In this document: positions 7,137 through 15,858 of the stretch, in pieces | Numbering within the stretch: position 1 is the first letter of the stretch | Layout of the letters: each line of letters starts with the position of its first letter | Virus record (IMG/VR): IMGVR_UViG_3300043580_000045 | Span: 1-26,382 of that record | Reading direction: 5' to 3' (one strand) | DNA length: 26,382 nt | Source of the DNA: a virus | Taxonomy: Duplodnaviria; Caudoviricetes | Notes under the pieces: generated by a model | Told to the model about the DNA's origin: nothing | What the model saw: the letters and a program-made list of their open reading frames with translations, nothing else | The model's database searches: none | Position numbers and translations under genes: made by a program

Positions 7137-7379
7137 TCAGTAGCCGCGCGATGACGGCCGGCCGATGGCGGACGGGTTGGGCGGCTCGGAGCCACCCGGA
7201 AGCGAGCGGTTGCGGATGTAGTACGTGATCGCTCCAATCACGACGGACGACGCGATGGCGCCCCACTCCTCGGGCGAGATGTTGCCGTCCGAGTTGGCCG
7301 CGATCAGCAGCACCACCGCGGCGCTCACGGTGGCCGCGATTGCCTTACGCGCCTTTGCCAGCCATGCACCAAGCATCAT
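7137..7379 (-). CDS. Holin, two TM segments, ~80 aa
   Basis: AAGGAG RBS, ATGA overlap; KAIAATVSAAVVLLIAA...DG.ISPEEWGAIASSVVIGAITYYIRN resembles actinophage holins; last gene of the lysis cassette. Confidence 0.7.
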   Translation of the reverse strand: MMLGAWLAKARKAIAATVSAAVVLLIAANSDGNISPEEWGAIASSVVIGAITYYIRNRSLPGGSEPPNPSAIGRPSSRGY

Positions 7380-7576
7380 GATCTCCTTAGGTGTAGTGCT
7401 CTCTCTATCTCGGCGGTGAACACACAGGCGCGCCGGGCGAGCTCGCCCGCGAGCCATGCCGTCCGGTCCACCTTGGGTGTCGCGCGCTCCGCCCGCCTCA
7501 GTTGCTCTGTGGCGCCCTCGCGCGCTCGCGTGGCCGCGTGCCCGCTCTCGACGCGCTGGTGCCTCCACGGCCACAT
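7376..7576 (-). CDS. Small basic lysis-cassette protein, 66 aa
   Basis: TGATG and ATGA coupling to flanking genes. Confidence 0.6.
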   Translation of the reverse strand: MWPWRHQRVESGHAATRAREGATEQLRRAERATPKVDRTAWLAGELARRACVFTAEIERALHLRRS

Positions 7577-7848
7577 CAGGCCGCGCTCCGGCGTCCCTCT
7601 GCGGATATGGCCTGCAAGAGCGACATCATCTCGCGCTGCGCCGTGGACAGTTGGCCGACCGACCCGATCAGCGTCTCTACGTGACCGGTCAAGACAGCGT
7701 TTGCCGCGGCGGACGTCCGCGCGGCGGTACGCCAGTCATCGGCACGCCGCCGCTCTGCCCCCAGCGCGATGCGCACGAGCGCGAGCATCGCCCCGAGGAT
7801 TGCCGACACGGTGCCGGCTTGAATGAGCAGAGCGGCGGTTGTGCCCAT
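7576..7848 (-). CDS. Single-TM coiled-coil membrane protein (holin-like/lysis accessory), 90 aa
   Basis: N-terminal hydrophobic helix then heptad-like region; starts 2 nt after the endolysin stop. Confidence 0.7.
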   Translation of the reverse strand: MGTTAALLIQAGTVSAILGAMLALVRIALGAERRRADDWRTAARTSAAANAVLTGHVETLIGSVGQLSTAQREMMSLLQAISAEGRRSAA

Positions 7849-7850
7849 GA

Positions 7851-8765
7851 CTATGCCTGCGCCGGTGTGGCGACCGCGGCGCCGGTGGTTCCGTCGAACA
7901 TGAACTTGTGGTTGTGCGGCACCAGCGTTGCCGGTCCGGGCGGACCAGCGGGGCCGGCCTCCACCGTGAGTTGGTTGTACTCACCGAGGAACGGGCCGAA
8001 CCGGCGGTGAGCGTCTTCGAGCGTCATCGGCGCGCCAACCGCAAAGGCATCGAAGCCCCACGTCTGGCCGTAAAACACAGCGTCATCCGGATCGTGGATG
8101 TGGAAGAAACCGCTTCCGCCAGACGCATACAGCGCGCCGGCTGGAATCGCGCCAATCGGTTGGTTGACAATGAAGGTCTTTGGCACGTCGCTACCTCCGT
8201 CGATTTCCTGGTGGACCATGTCTAGTAGCACGTCCCACGGGAAGCCGGCACCCACGTCCAAGTGGTCGCCCTGGTCCTCGGGAAACGCCCTGGTGCAATT
8301 TGCGTGCTCACAGATACCGCGCACCGCGTTCGGGTTGCCGTTGTCGAAGTAGGCCGCGCGCACCTCGGCATCCGTCATCCGGCGCACCTGCAAGCCGTGC
8401 GCCAGCACCTCGGCTGCGACCACCGCGGCGGTAGTCCGCAGGGTCGCGAGCGAGACCGGATCGAGCCACTGCGCGCGAGTCTGGATGGTCCCGCAGACCT
8501 CTACGTGCACAAAAATTTCATTGCCGTGAGCCCTGGCCGTATGCGCCCGGTCTCCATCGGGCACCTCGCGCAGGGCCGGCCCGAGCGAGTCGGTGAAGAG
8601 GTGACAGCTCGTGCCATCGGCGCGGCGCTTGTCGTACGCCGCGCCACCCTCGGCCGACGTTGGTCCCTCGCTACCGGCGGTGTAATGCAGGCACACGCCC
8701 ATGATGCGCATGCGCCGGCCAGGTGTCCACGAGCGCGGGTAACCGACCCACAGAATGTCAGCCAT
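7851..8765 (-). CDS. Endolysin, Zn-dependent N-acetylmuramoyl-L-alanine amidase (Amidase_2 type); probable start 8765
   Basis: VCLHYTAG, SCHLFTD, AHTA..GN, HVEVCG, GICEH and DHLDVGAGFPW motifs; start overlaps the stop of an upstream small ORF. Confidence 0.88.
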   Translation of the reverse strand: MADILWVGYPRSWTPGRRMRIMGVCLHYTAGSEGPTSAEGGAAYDKRRADGTSCHLFTDSLGPALREVPDGDRAHTARAHGNEIFVHVEVCGTIQTRAQWLDPVSLATLRTTAAVVAAEVLAHGLQVRRMTDAEVRAAYFDNGNPNAVRGICEHANCTRAFPEDQGDHLDVGAGFPWDVLLDMVHQEIDGGSDVPKTFIVNQPIGAIPAGALYASGGSGFFHIHDPDDAVFYGQTWGFDAFAVGAPMTLEDAHRRFGPFLGEYNQLTVEAGPAGPPGPATLVPHNHKFMFDGTTGAAVATPAQA

Positions 8766-8910
8766 CGTCGTCAACGCCATCGCCGCACGGTCTCTCGATG
8801 TTGGGCGCTGGTTCCGCGTCCGGGTCAACAATGACCTCATTGGACGGTTCCGGCCCGACGTCGCCGAACGTGTCGCGCACCCACGCCTCGTCTCGCACTG
8901 GCTCGCTCAT
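8758..8910 (-). CDS. Acidic 50-aa peptide (not in ORF track)
   Basis: GGGGAGGT RBS; MSEPVRDEAWVRDTFGDVGPEPSNEVIVDPDAEPAPNIERPCGDGVDDDG*; fills the gap between the tail gene and the endolysin exactly. Confidence 0.7.
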   Translation of the reverse strand: MSEPVRDEAWVRDTFGDVGPEPSNEVIVDPDAEPAPNIERPCGDGVDDDG

Positions 8911-8922
8911 GCCTACCTCCCC

Positions 8923-9408
8923 TTATGCCGCTTCGTAATCGATGGTGAACATCAGTAGGTCACCGGTGCTCCACGTGAACGGCGTGGACCCCGCGCCACC
9001 GACCAATGCGGATGCTGACACCAAGATCACGCCGGTGCCGTTGATGAAGCACGATGCGGACCGCTGACCCACACCCGAGTCGAAGATGATCGCCGCGCCG
9101 CACCCGGCCGTGTCCGCGGGTGTGACAGGTAGACCCACGGTCCAGAACCCCGTGCCGTACGTCGTGGTCGTGCCCATCGTGATACTGACGCGAGCCTGAA
9201 CCATCTTGCCGAGCCGTCGATACTTGGCCACGATGGCGGCATTGCCCTTGACCGGGTTTGTGGTGGCGCCAACCCACGTCAGGCTTCCGGAGTAGTCGGT
9301 CCACGCGGACGTAGACGCGGTCATGTAGTTCGTGACCTCTAAAAGCTTGTCAGCGTCGAGCAGTTCGCCCGCCAGGAAGGTCGGGACCGTGCCGGTGTAT
9401 ATACCCAT
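8923..9408 (-). CDS. Minor tail / tail-tip (receptor-binding-like) protein, 161 aa
   Basis: GAGGT RBS; F.AGE.L.A.KL N-terminal motif, AKYRRLGKMV and terminal YEAA, typical of short tail-fibre heads; position after the hub gene. Confidence 0.7.
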   Translation of the reverse strand: MGIYTGTVPTFLAGELLDADKLLEVTNYMTASTSAWTDYSGSLTWVGATTNPVKGNAAIVAKYRRLGKMVQARVSITMGTTTTYGTGFWTVGLPVTPADTAGCGAAIIFDSGVGQRSASCFINGTGVILVSASALVGGAGSTPFTWSTGDLLMFTIDYEAA

Positions 9409-9415
9409 GCCTACC

Positions 9416-12211
9416 TCACAGCGCGATCACGGATGGTCGGAAGAGCGCGACGCGCGCCCCGGTCAGGTGCGTCTTGACGACGCCGTTGACGGACCGCGTC
9501 ACGGTCATGGTCTGACTCAGCGTCGTTCCGGTGATCGCGGTAACCGTCATCCGCTCACCGCCGATGAGGATGTCGAACGGGAACATCGATGCATACGTGG
9601 CGCTGTCGATGAACCGCACCGTGGTCGAGACGATGTCGACCCCAGTCTCGGTGGTGTCGAGCGCCTCCGATGTTGTGGTCGCGCCGAATGCGGGTGAGAT
9701 GCGATGCGACTCCAGCTCGAAAACGTCGTACGGCAGCGCCGGTGTCGCGTTGACCCCGATGCTCCAGCGGTGCGACTCCAGAACCTCCGTGAACCCTTGC
9801 GCTATCTGTTCGACCGAGTCATAGCCGGCCCAGACCGGCGGCGGACTCGCGATGCTGGCCCGGTCGCCCACGTCGAGACTCGCGACCAGTCCGACAAGCG
9901 CAGACTTACCGGCGCCGGTCATCGCAGTGAGGTCGAAGTTGATGACGGGGTAACGCGCCTCATCGTGCGTGCCCACGTGACGCAGCCACGACGCCGCCGG
10001 CACACACTGATCGTCGGCATACAGGATCAGGGTCGGGTCTCGCGGGTACCGCCCCACCCCGTTGACGGGATCATCGCTCGGCTCCGAGACGTTGAGCTGC
10101 CCGGTGGTCTGGACCGATCGGCCGCTGGAGCCGAGGTACCGGGTCACCGAAACGTCATTGGCGAGATGGTCCGTGTCCTCGATCGGCTGGAGTGGTGGAG
10201 CAACCTCACCGCTCGCCCCGTACGTCAGCGACACCGCCGCGGTTTGGTTGTAGAGACTGGCGCGCGTGCGGTAGGCGAAACCGAGGAACGTACGCGGCTC
10301 ATAGAGAATCCCCATATCCACGTCCGCCGCGTCCTGCAAGAGGTCAGTCAGGATGGCCGGCCGCTGGACGCCCACAAGCGCCGTGTCGTCGATGTTGCCG
10401 AGGACCGTTAAGGTGATGCCCTCCTCCTCCAGTAGCCGCTCAATGCGTCGCCCGGCGGTGTCGCCCACGTGGGCGTACATGGCCGTGGTCCGGTCGGAGT
10501 AGATGTCAGCCGAGCTCGCCACGATGAGCACGTGACCGAGACCGATGGGGCCGAGCGACGGCGCCTCGACACTGTCCGCCGCGATGGTCACAGTGCGGAT
10601 CGCAGGCAAGGTAGCGGCGACGGACACGGGACCGTCCGCGATCGCGTAATCCACGTACAACGTCATGCTGACATTGCCGCCGCTCTGCGCGCACTTCAGG
10701 ACCACGTGATGCCACAGACCGTCATTGAGGTTACCCTCGCCGAGACGGACGGAGTTGGTCCCGACCGAGTCCACAGTGTCCACGCCGAGCGACACACCGT
10801 CACCCGTGTACGAGATATTCCACTCCGTGAGCGTGGTACTCGCCGGACTGCTAAGCCGGATCAATGACCCGCCGCTCGCCGCCGGGTCGATCTTGACAAC
10901 GAAACTGACCTGCCACACGGTGGGACTGGCGGCCATTGTGGACATTGCCGTGAGGTAGCCCGCATCGTCGAGCAGACTGCCCGGTAGCGGGTTGCTCCCG
11001 GTCGGCCCGACCGTTGTCGCGAAATTGACCTCTCCGACAACGGTCAGCGGCGCCCCGCCGGCCAGCCCGGACGCGGCCTGATCGCTGCCGAGGATCCCCT
11101 CCTCCATTGGCCAGTAGTCCACGGGCGTGACACCCGCGAGCGGCAGCGCCAGTGTGGTGTAACGGACCAGCGCCGAGAGAGCGCGCGACGTTTGCCCCGG
11201 CGCGCCCAGTCTGCGCAGGATGCCCCACGCGGAGATCGACGTCCATGCGTCGCGCTCATCGGTGGTCCATGCCTGTGGCCAGGCTTCGACTTCGCCCGTA
11301 AACCTGATCGCAGGGTCAATGGTGAGGCGCTGGTAGTAGACAAAGGGAAGCGTGTTCGTGTTGCCGCTGGCGCGCCCCGACCGGCAACCGATGCTGCCCG
11401 CGGCGGTGAACTCAGTATTGGTCACCGACACGTGCCATGTGGACGGCTCGACGGTGCCGTACTCCCACACCTTCATCCTGATCAGCGTCCCGAGACACTG
11501 GGCTTTCAATGTCAAGTACTGTCCGCTGAACGTGACGCCGGTGACCGTGGCCGAGCCGAGCGACCCGGTACCCCCGACCGCGTGCAGGCTCGCCGTGATC
11601 GTCTGATCCGAGTTGAACTCGACACGGGGATGGTAGTAGTGATTGACGTCCTGAAGACGCAGCATCAATCCCCCCTCCATGTCGTTGCCCAACACGTCGG
11701 AGCCCTCGATCGGATCGAACATTCTCAGCCGCACGGTAGCCGTGACGTCGGCGCGGCTGAAGCCGGGCAAGTAGCTCATCCGGTACGCGCTCGTGGAGAA
11801 CACTCCGTGTAGCGCAGTGCCCATTTCGTCGATGCGGTAGTCGGTGGCTAGCACCGAGCCCCCCGCGCCGGTAGATGACCACGGCAGCGCGCCGTACTCG
11901 CACGTGCCCCAACCCTCGGTCACGGGGCGGTTAAACGTGTCGGCCACGACGTCATAGCCCGCGACGGTCACTCGCGCCGGAGTGTTGCGGCCGATCAGTC
12001 CATAAAGGGGACTCATCGGGTTGCGCGGTGAGTACGTGCCGTCCCGATTGTTGATGGTCGCAGCGAGCCGCGTCGGCGGTATCCGCTGAACCTCGTCAGG
12101 CCGGCCGCGCGGCGAGATCGTGATGGGGTCGCGGGTGTAGACGTCATCGGTGGCCGTGATGTCGTGCCAGGCGCCGGAGTAGTAGATCTCAACCGCGACG
12201 GGAGTCTTCAT
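9416..12211 (-). CDS. Large tail-tip/baseplate hub protein with LamG/ConA-like inserts, 931 aa
   Basis: Directly after the tape measure (ATGA); YWPMEE...DGLWHHV...LYVD LamG pattern; hub-like RFTGEV, RIERLL and NDVSVTR segments. Confidence 0.8.
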   Translation of the reverse strand: MKTPVAVEIYYSGAWHDITATDDVYTRDPITISPRGRPDEVQRIPPTRLAATINNRDGTYSPRNPMSPLYGLIGRNTPARVTVAGYDVVADTFNRPVTEGWGTCEYGALPWSSTGAGGSVLATDYRIDEMGTALHGVFSTSAYRMSYLPGFSRADVTATVRLRMFDPIEGSDVLGNDMEGGLMLRLQDVNHYYHPRVEFNSDQTITASLHAVGGTGSLGSATVTGVTFSGQYLTLKAQCLGTLIRMKVWEYGTVEPSTWHVSVTNTEFTAAGSIGCRSGRASGNTNTLPFVYYQRLTIDPAIRFTGEVEAWPQAWTTDERDAWTSISAWGILRRLGAPGQTSRALSALVRYTTLALPLAGVTPVDYWPMEEGILGSDQAASGLAGGAPLTVVGEVNFATTVGPTGSNPLPGSLLDDAGYLTAMSTMAASPTVWQVSFVVKIDPAASGGSLIRLSSPASTTLTEWNISYTGDGVSLGVDTVDSVGTNSVRLGEGNLNDGLWHHVVLKCAQSGGNVSMTLYVDYAIADGPVSVAATLPAIRTVTIAADSVEAPSLGPIGLGHVLIVASSADIYSDRTTAMYAHVGDTAGRRIERLLEEEGITLTVLGNIDDTALVGVQRPAILTDLLQDAADVDMGILYEPRTFLGFAYRTRASLYNQTAAVSLTYGASGEVAPPLQPIEDTDHLANDVSVTRYLGSSGRSVQTTGQLNVSEPSDDPVNGVGRYPRDPTLILYADDQCVPAASWLRHVGTHDEARYPVINFDLTAMTGAGKSALVGLVASLDVGDRASIASPPPVWAGYDSVEQIAQGFTEVLESHRWSIGVNATPALPYDVFELESHRISPAFGATTTSEALDTTETGVDIVSTTVRFIDSATYASMFPFDILIGGERMTVTAITGTTLSQTMTVTRSVNGVVKTHLTGARVALFRPSVIAL

Positions 12212-13701
12212 CGGCCCAGCACCACCTGAACATTGCCGCCGCGGTCGCCGATGGCGCGCGCCAGCAGCTCAATCAACAGCTCGTCGATACGGCTACCACT
12301 CGACCGGAGCTCGATCACGGTTCGGTCACTCGACGCGCCGGGCGGCGTGACCCGCTCGCCCGCTTGCAGGATCGCCACCATCTCGCTACCCGGCGCGCCG
12401 GGCACCATGCCGCCAGAGTGGAATTTCGGCAGTCCGTGACGATCGTCCGCCGATGACCCCCCGCCCGTGTTGGTCTTGGTGAAACCCGTATCCGGTAGCT
12501 TGCCCGTGAGTCGGGCGAGCCACTTGCCGAGCTCTTCCGCCCGGTTGATCGCCCACTCAAGACTGTCGATGACTCCGGCGATGATCCCCACCTGAAACTT
12601 GACGATCCGGAGACCAACGTCTTCGAGCATGAATTTCAGCGCCGGCCCAACGATTTTCGTGATGTCGGTGATCGCGCCCGCGAGCGTCCGCCACGATTCC
12701 GCGTTGCCGCCCAAGCTGTCCTGGATACTGTCGAGGCTGGTCTTTACTCCGGCCAACACGTTGTCTTTCAGGTCGATCAGCGCGGCGGACATGTCGCCTA
12801 GTTCGTTGTCCACAAACGACTGAACCTTGGGCGCCAACTCGTCGAACTTGGTCACGGCGCGGTCCGCGAACGTGCCTACGGCCTCTGTCGCTGCCCCGAA
12901 CGCAGGGGTGAGCAGAACGGCCAGCTTTTCCTTGATCGTGTCGATGGAGCTGCCGAGCGCGCCCTGTGCCTCCGCGGCAGCCTTGCCGCCATTCGCCCAC
13001 GCAGTCTGCGCGTCCGCTGATTTCTCGAAGATCAACTGTTGGGTGGCGAGCGCGATCGCTTGTTGTTGCGCGACGCCGGTCAGTTTCTCCTGCCCCTTGG
13101 CCAACAGTCGCGCCTTGACGTCCGCGTCCGAGATGCTGATACCGAGCCCTTTGAGCTCGTCCCGCTCGCCGAGCATCGCCTTAGTCAGGATGTTGGACAC
13201 GTCCGTGACTGACTTGGTGCCGCCCGACCACTTGGACAATGCGCCTGCCAGGTCGAGTACCTTCGTGCTCATCGTCGCGGCTTGCTTGGCCGTGAAACCC
13301 ATCGGGATCAAGAGGTCCGCGAAGTTGGTGGCCATCGCTACGACGTTGCGGGAGCTTGTGCCGAACGCCTTACGGTTGACCTCGGCCCACTTTTGGATGG
13401 CCGGTAGCTGGTCCTTGAACACGGCGCCGGACTTGCGGTCAAGGTCCTGGACTTGCCGCGAGAGGTCGTACAGCTCTTTGCCCACAACGCCGATGGCCGC
13501 GGCGGCCGTCGCGCCAACGGCGAGCACCTTGGTCAGCCCGCCAGCGAACGCGCTGGACCCGTCGCCACCGCGCTTGAATGAGTCGTTGGCGCGATCGACG
13601 TCCTTGGTCATCTTGCGGGACGAGTCACCCACGCGATCCATTGACCGGAGAAGGTCTTTCTCATCGCCCGCAAACGTGAGTGTGACTTGATTCTTGGCCA
13701 T
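12208..13701 (-). CDS. Tape measure protein, short (497 aa)
   Basis: Ala/Gly/Lys-rich helical sequence; C-terminal LPKFHSGGMVPG...AILQAGERV motif; position in the tail operon. Confidence 0.88.
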   Translation of the reverse strand: MAKNQVTLTFAGDEKDLLRSMDRVGDSSRKMTKDVDRANDSFKRGGDGSSAFAGGLTKVLAVGATAAAAIGVVGKELYDLSRQVQDLDRKSGAVFKDQLPAIQKWAEVNRKAFGTSSRNVVAMATNFADLLIPMGFTAKQAATMSTKVLDLAGALSKWSGGTKSVTDVSNILTKAMLGERDELKGLGISISDADVKARLLAKGQEKLTGVAQQQAIALATQQLIFEKSADAQTAWANGGKAAAEAQGALGSSIDTIKEKLAVLLTPAFGAATEAVGTFADRAVTKFDELAPKVQSFVDNELGDMSAALIDLKDNVLAGVKTSLDSIQDSLGGNAESWRTLAGAITDITKIVGPALKFMLEDVGLRIVKFQVGIIAGVIDSLEWAINRAEELGKWLARLTGKLPDTGFTKTNTGGGSSADDRHGLPKFHSGGMVPGAPGSEMVAILQAGERVTPPGASSDRTVIELRSSGSRIDELLIELLARAIGDRGGNVQVVLGR

Positions 13702-14111
13702 CAGTCGACCCGTATGCCGGACGCTTCGGCGACGGCGATCAGCTCACGCCACAGCACGCGCTCGAAGTCGCCCCGATGATCGTCGTACGCCTTATACAGG
13801 TAGCGGCCACGTTTGAGGAACGCGCGCCGCGCGCTTCCCCTGCGGCCTACTCGACCACCGAAATCAAGCCACGGATAGTGGGGAGCGCGGTTGGACCCGC
13901 CAGCGACCCGTACCGCCTTCTGTGTTGACTTGGCTTTGAGGCTCGCCGCAGCCTTGCCGGTGCGGCGCGGGATGGTCGGTAGGGCGTGGTCAATCACGAC
14001 ATCGGAAGCGTTGTTGAGCGCCACTCGGAGCGCCTTCGCTAGGCCGGCATCCATGCGGCGCAGGCCGCGCTGAAACTCTTTCAGGCCGGTTATCCGGATC
14101 GCGTCCGCCAC
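13701..14111 (-). CDS. HK97 gp10-like tail completion protein, 136 aa
   Basis: IRITGLKEFQRGLR...P.RTGK...SL...YPWLDFG...YLY.A pattern; AGGAGG RBS. Confidence 0.7.
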   Translation of the reverse strand: MADAIRITGLKEFQRGLRRMDAGLAKALRVALNNASDVVIDHALPTIPRRTGKAAASLKAKSTQKAVRVAGGSNRAPHYPWLDFGGRVGRRGSARRAFLKRGRYLYKAYDDHRGDFERVLWRELIAVAEASGIRVD

Positions 14112-14117
14112 GCTCGC

Positions 14118-14279
14118 TCACCTCCTGCCGCGCCTCGCGTTGGCCTTCAGGGTTTCTAGCTCTTGCCGCTGCGCGATCCGTGCATAGTAGACAGACCAGC
14201 GGACAAACTCGCGGTTACTCATCCGCTCCCGAAGGTGCGCCACCAGCATCCCCAGCTTGGCCGCTAGGAAGTACTCGAA
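14118..14279 (-). CDS. C-terminal (gpT-like) segment of the tail assembly chaperone, in the +1 frame
   Basis: FEYFLAAKLGMLVAHLRERMSNREFVRWSVYYARIAQRQELE... fills the gap to the next gene; the frame is closed by a TGA about 30 nt upstream of TTT-CGA. Confidence 0.7.
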   Translation of the reverse strand, partial: FEYFLAAKLGMLVAHLRERMSNREFVRWSVYYARIAQRQELETLKANARRGRR

Positions 14280-14646
14280 ATTCAGCCTCCGGGTTGGCCT
14301 CGAACTCCTTCACCGCCGATTTGGCCGAGTCATCGAGCATGCCGGACAGTTCGGCGACCCTGTCTGTCACCGGCTCCATCTCGCCCGCGGGCGACGCCGC
14401 CTGCCACCGCGCCACCTGTAGCGCCGTCAACCGTGGGGACACCATCGCGAAGGCGAGCAACGCGCGCTCACTCTCGGCGCGACCCGCAATGCCGCGCAGC
14501 GACAGCGCCTCGTCACGCGACAGGCCGCGCACGCGCACCAGGCCCAGACCTTCGACCTTGACGTCATCCTCGGGCATGCCGGACGGTGTCGCGGCGCGCG
14601 GCCCGAAGAGCTGATCGAGGCTCGCGTACTGCTGGTCCTCACTCAT
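14215..14646 (-). CDS. Tail assembly chaperone (gpG-like), 143 aa
   Basis: EDDVKVEGLGLVRVRGLSR...ELSG pattern; lies between major tail and tape measure; AGGGGG RBS. Confidence 0.8.
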   Translation of the reverse strand: MSEDQQYASLDQLFGPRAATPSGMPEDDVKVEGLGLVRVRGLSRDEALSLRGIAGRAESERALLAFAMVSPRLTALQVARWQAASPAGEMEPVTDRVAELSGMLDDSAKSAVKEFEANPEAEFRVLPSGQAGDAGGAPSGADE

Positions 14647-14684
14647 GTCGTCCCCCTACTTTCGGTCCTGTGTGGATGGTGCGG

Positions 14685-15023
14685 TCAGCGCATCGGGTAA
14701 AGCTTGTACGTCACGGTGGTCGTGACGCTATGCGTGATGGTCACGAGACCCGTGGTCGGGTCCGCCTGCTTCGGGCTGATGAAAAAGATCTTGCTCGTGG
14801 CATTGGTCACGCTCGGCGCGTTGGCCGTTGCCGCCGCGCCGGTCGTGGTCAGGCTCGCGTCGGAGATCGTCATGGAGTCCGGCGAAGCGTTGCCGTTGAT
14901 GATCTCCAGGTACGCGCCGCGTGAGCCGAGGATGGCCGCCGCGATCGTGTCCGACGCGGCGACCGCCGCGCCGCTCGTGGTCGTACCCGTGCGGGCCGGT
15001 GTGGTTGCTGCCAGGGCTGCCAT
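14685..15023 (-). CDS. Small Ala/Thr-rich beta-type virion protein, 112 aa
   Basis: AAGGAAGAGG RBS before ATG 15023; composition and position suggest a structural or decoration role. Confidence 0.65.
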   Translation of the reverse strand: MAALAATTPARTGTTTSGAAVAASDTIAAAILGSRGAYLEIINGNASPDSMTISDASLTTTGAAATANAPSVTNATSKIFFISPKQADPTTGLVTITHSVTTTVTYKLYPMR

Positions 15024-15042
15024 TGCGTCCTCTTCCTTATGC

Positions 15043-15447
15043 CTAGACCTGCGCGGTCGAGTTGACCGCGTCGGAGCCCTGAAGCTCGACTGACCACGTG
15101 ACCATGTCCGCAACCGGGTTGGTCTCCACGTAGGACGTGACAACCACATCCACGGCGTCTTGCGCCTTGCCCGACCCGGTGCCGTCTGGCCGCCGTACCA
15201 TCGCGACCTTGGTCCCGACCATCGGCTCGATGACGGCGCGCGGGCCGGTGGACGCCGTGTTGTCGTACATACCGCCGGCGCTCATCGAGGACACGCCGAG
15301 CCCGCCCTCGAAGGTGTGATCATCTTTGCCGTACGTCGTGCTGTCGTGCACATCCGCCGCGCGGGTGAATGTGCTCGTGTTGGTGAACGTCGACAAGTCG
15401 GAGCCACCAAGGGAAAAGTACGTGTCCTTGCCGTGAACGAAACTCAT
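15043..15447 (-). CDS. Major tail (tube) protein, 134 aa
   Basis: MSFVHGK...D.TTYG....F.GGL...Y.ETNPVADMVTWSVELQGS tube-protein pattern; position after the tail terminator. Confidence 0.8.
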   Translation of the reverse strand: MSFVHGKDTYFSLGGSDLSTFTNTSTFTRAADVHDSTTYGKDDHTFEGGLGVSSMSAGGMYDNTASTGPRAVIEPMVGTKVAMVRRPDGTGSGKAQDAVDVVVTSYVETNPVADMVTWSVELQGSDAVNSTAQV

Positions 15448-15857
15448 GATGGGTTGTCTCCCTGGCCGCCTATGTCCAATGTGAACACGCCTGCTATGTA
15501 GTCGATGGCCGCGATGGCAACGACGTCAAAATCGATACCGACAACGCGGATCGTGTCGAGTGCGGCGTACGCGCCGGACTCCAGAACGGCTTTGATCGAC
15601 CGCTCGCCCGCGCCCTTGCAGTACGCCGCCAACTCGTCACGCGCGGCGCGGTCGACTGCCCTGCCCACCACGAGCACCACGGGCAGGCTCATCTGATCCA
15701 TGCCCCGGCCGTAGGTCTTGTCGAACTCCAGCGTGTCCGGGTAGGACACGATCGCGGCCGGCGGCGTGATCTTGCCGATCGGATGCGCGTGTACCCGCAA
15801 GCCCTCGATCGTGTCGAGCCGCGCGGCGATCTCATCCATAACGTCTGCGAGATCCAT
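15444..15857 (-). CDS. Tail terminator-like protein, 137 aa
   Basis: MDLADVMDEIAARLDTIEGLRV...PPAAIV pattern; start 1 nt after the adaptor stop. Confidence 0.7.
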   Translation of the reverse strand: MDLADVMDEIAARLDTIEGLRVHAHPIGKITPPAAIVSYPDTLEFDKTYGRGMDQMSLPVVLVVGRAVDRAARDELAAYCKGAGERSIKAVLESGAYAALDTIRVVGIDFDVVAIAAIDYIAGVFTLDIGGQGDNPS

Positions 15858-15858
15858 G

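Noticed and set aside
7137-7574. 145-aa version of the holin
   Set aside because: The RBS and ATGA overlap point to a start at 7379; the extension overlaps the 66-aa gene.
12827-13690. Long plus-strand ORFs opposite structural and replication genes (also 9704..10411, 17886..18620, 18745..19464, 23824..24876)
   Set aside because: Antisense shadows expected from high-GC codon bias; no RBS or family motifs.
14685-15149. Frameshift fusion of the major tail protein to the 112-aa downstream protein (SPP1 gp17.1*-like)
   Set aside because: The +1 frame is open across the junction, but no slippery site is visible at GTC-TAG and the downstream gene has its own strong RBS.
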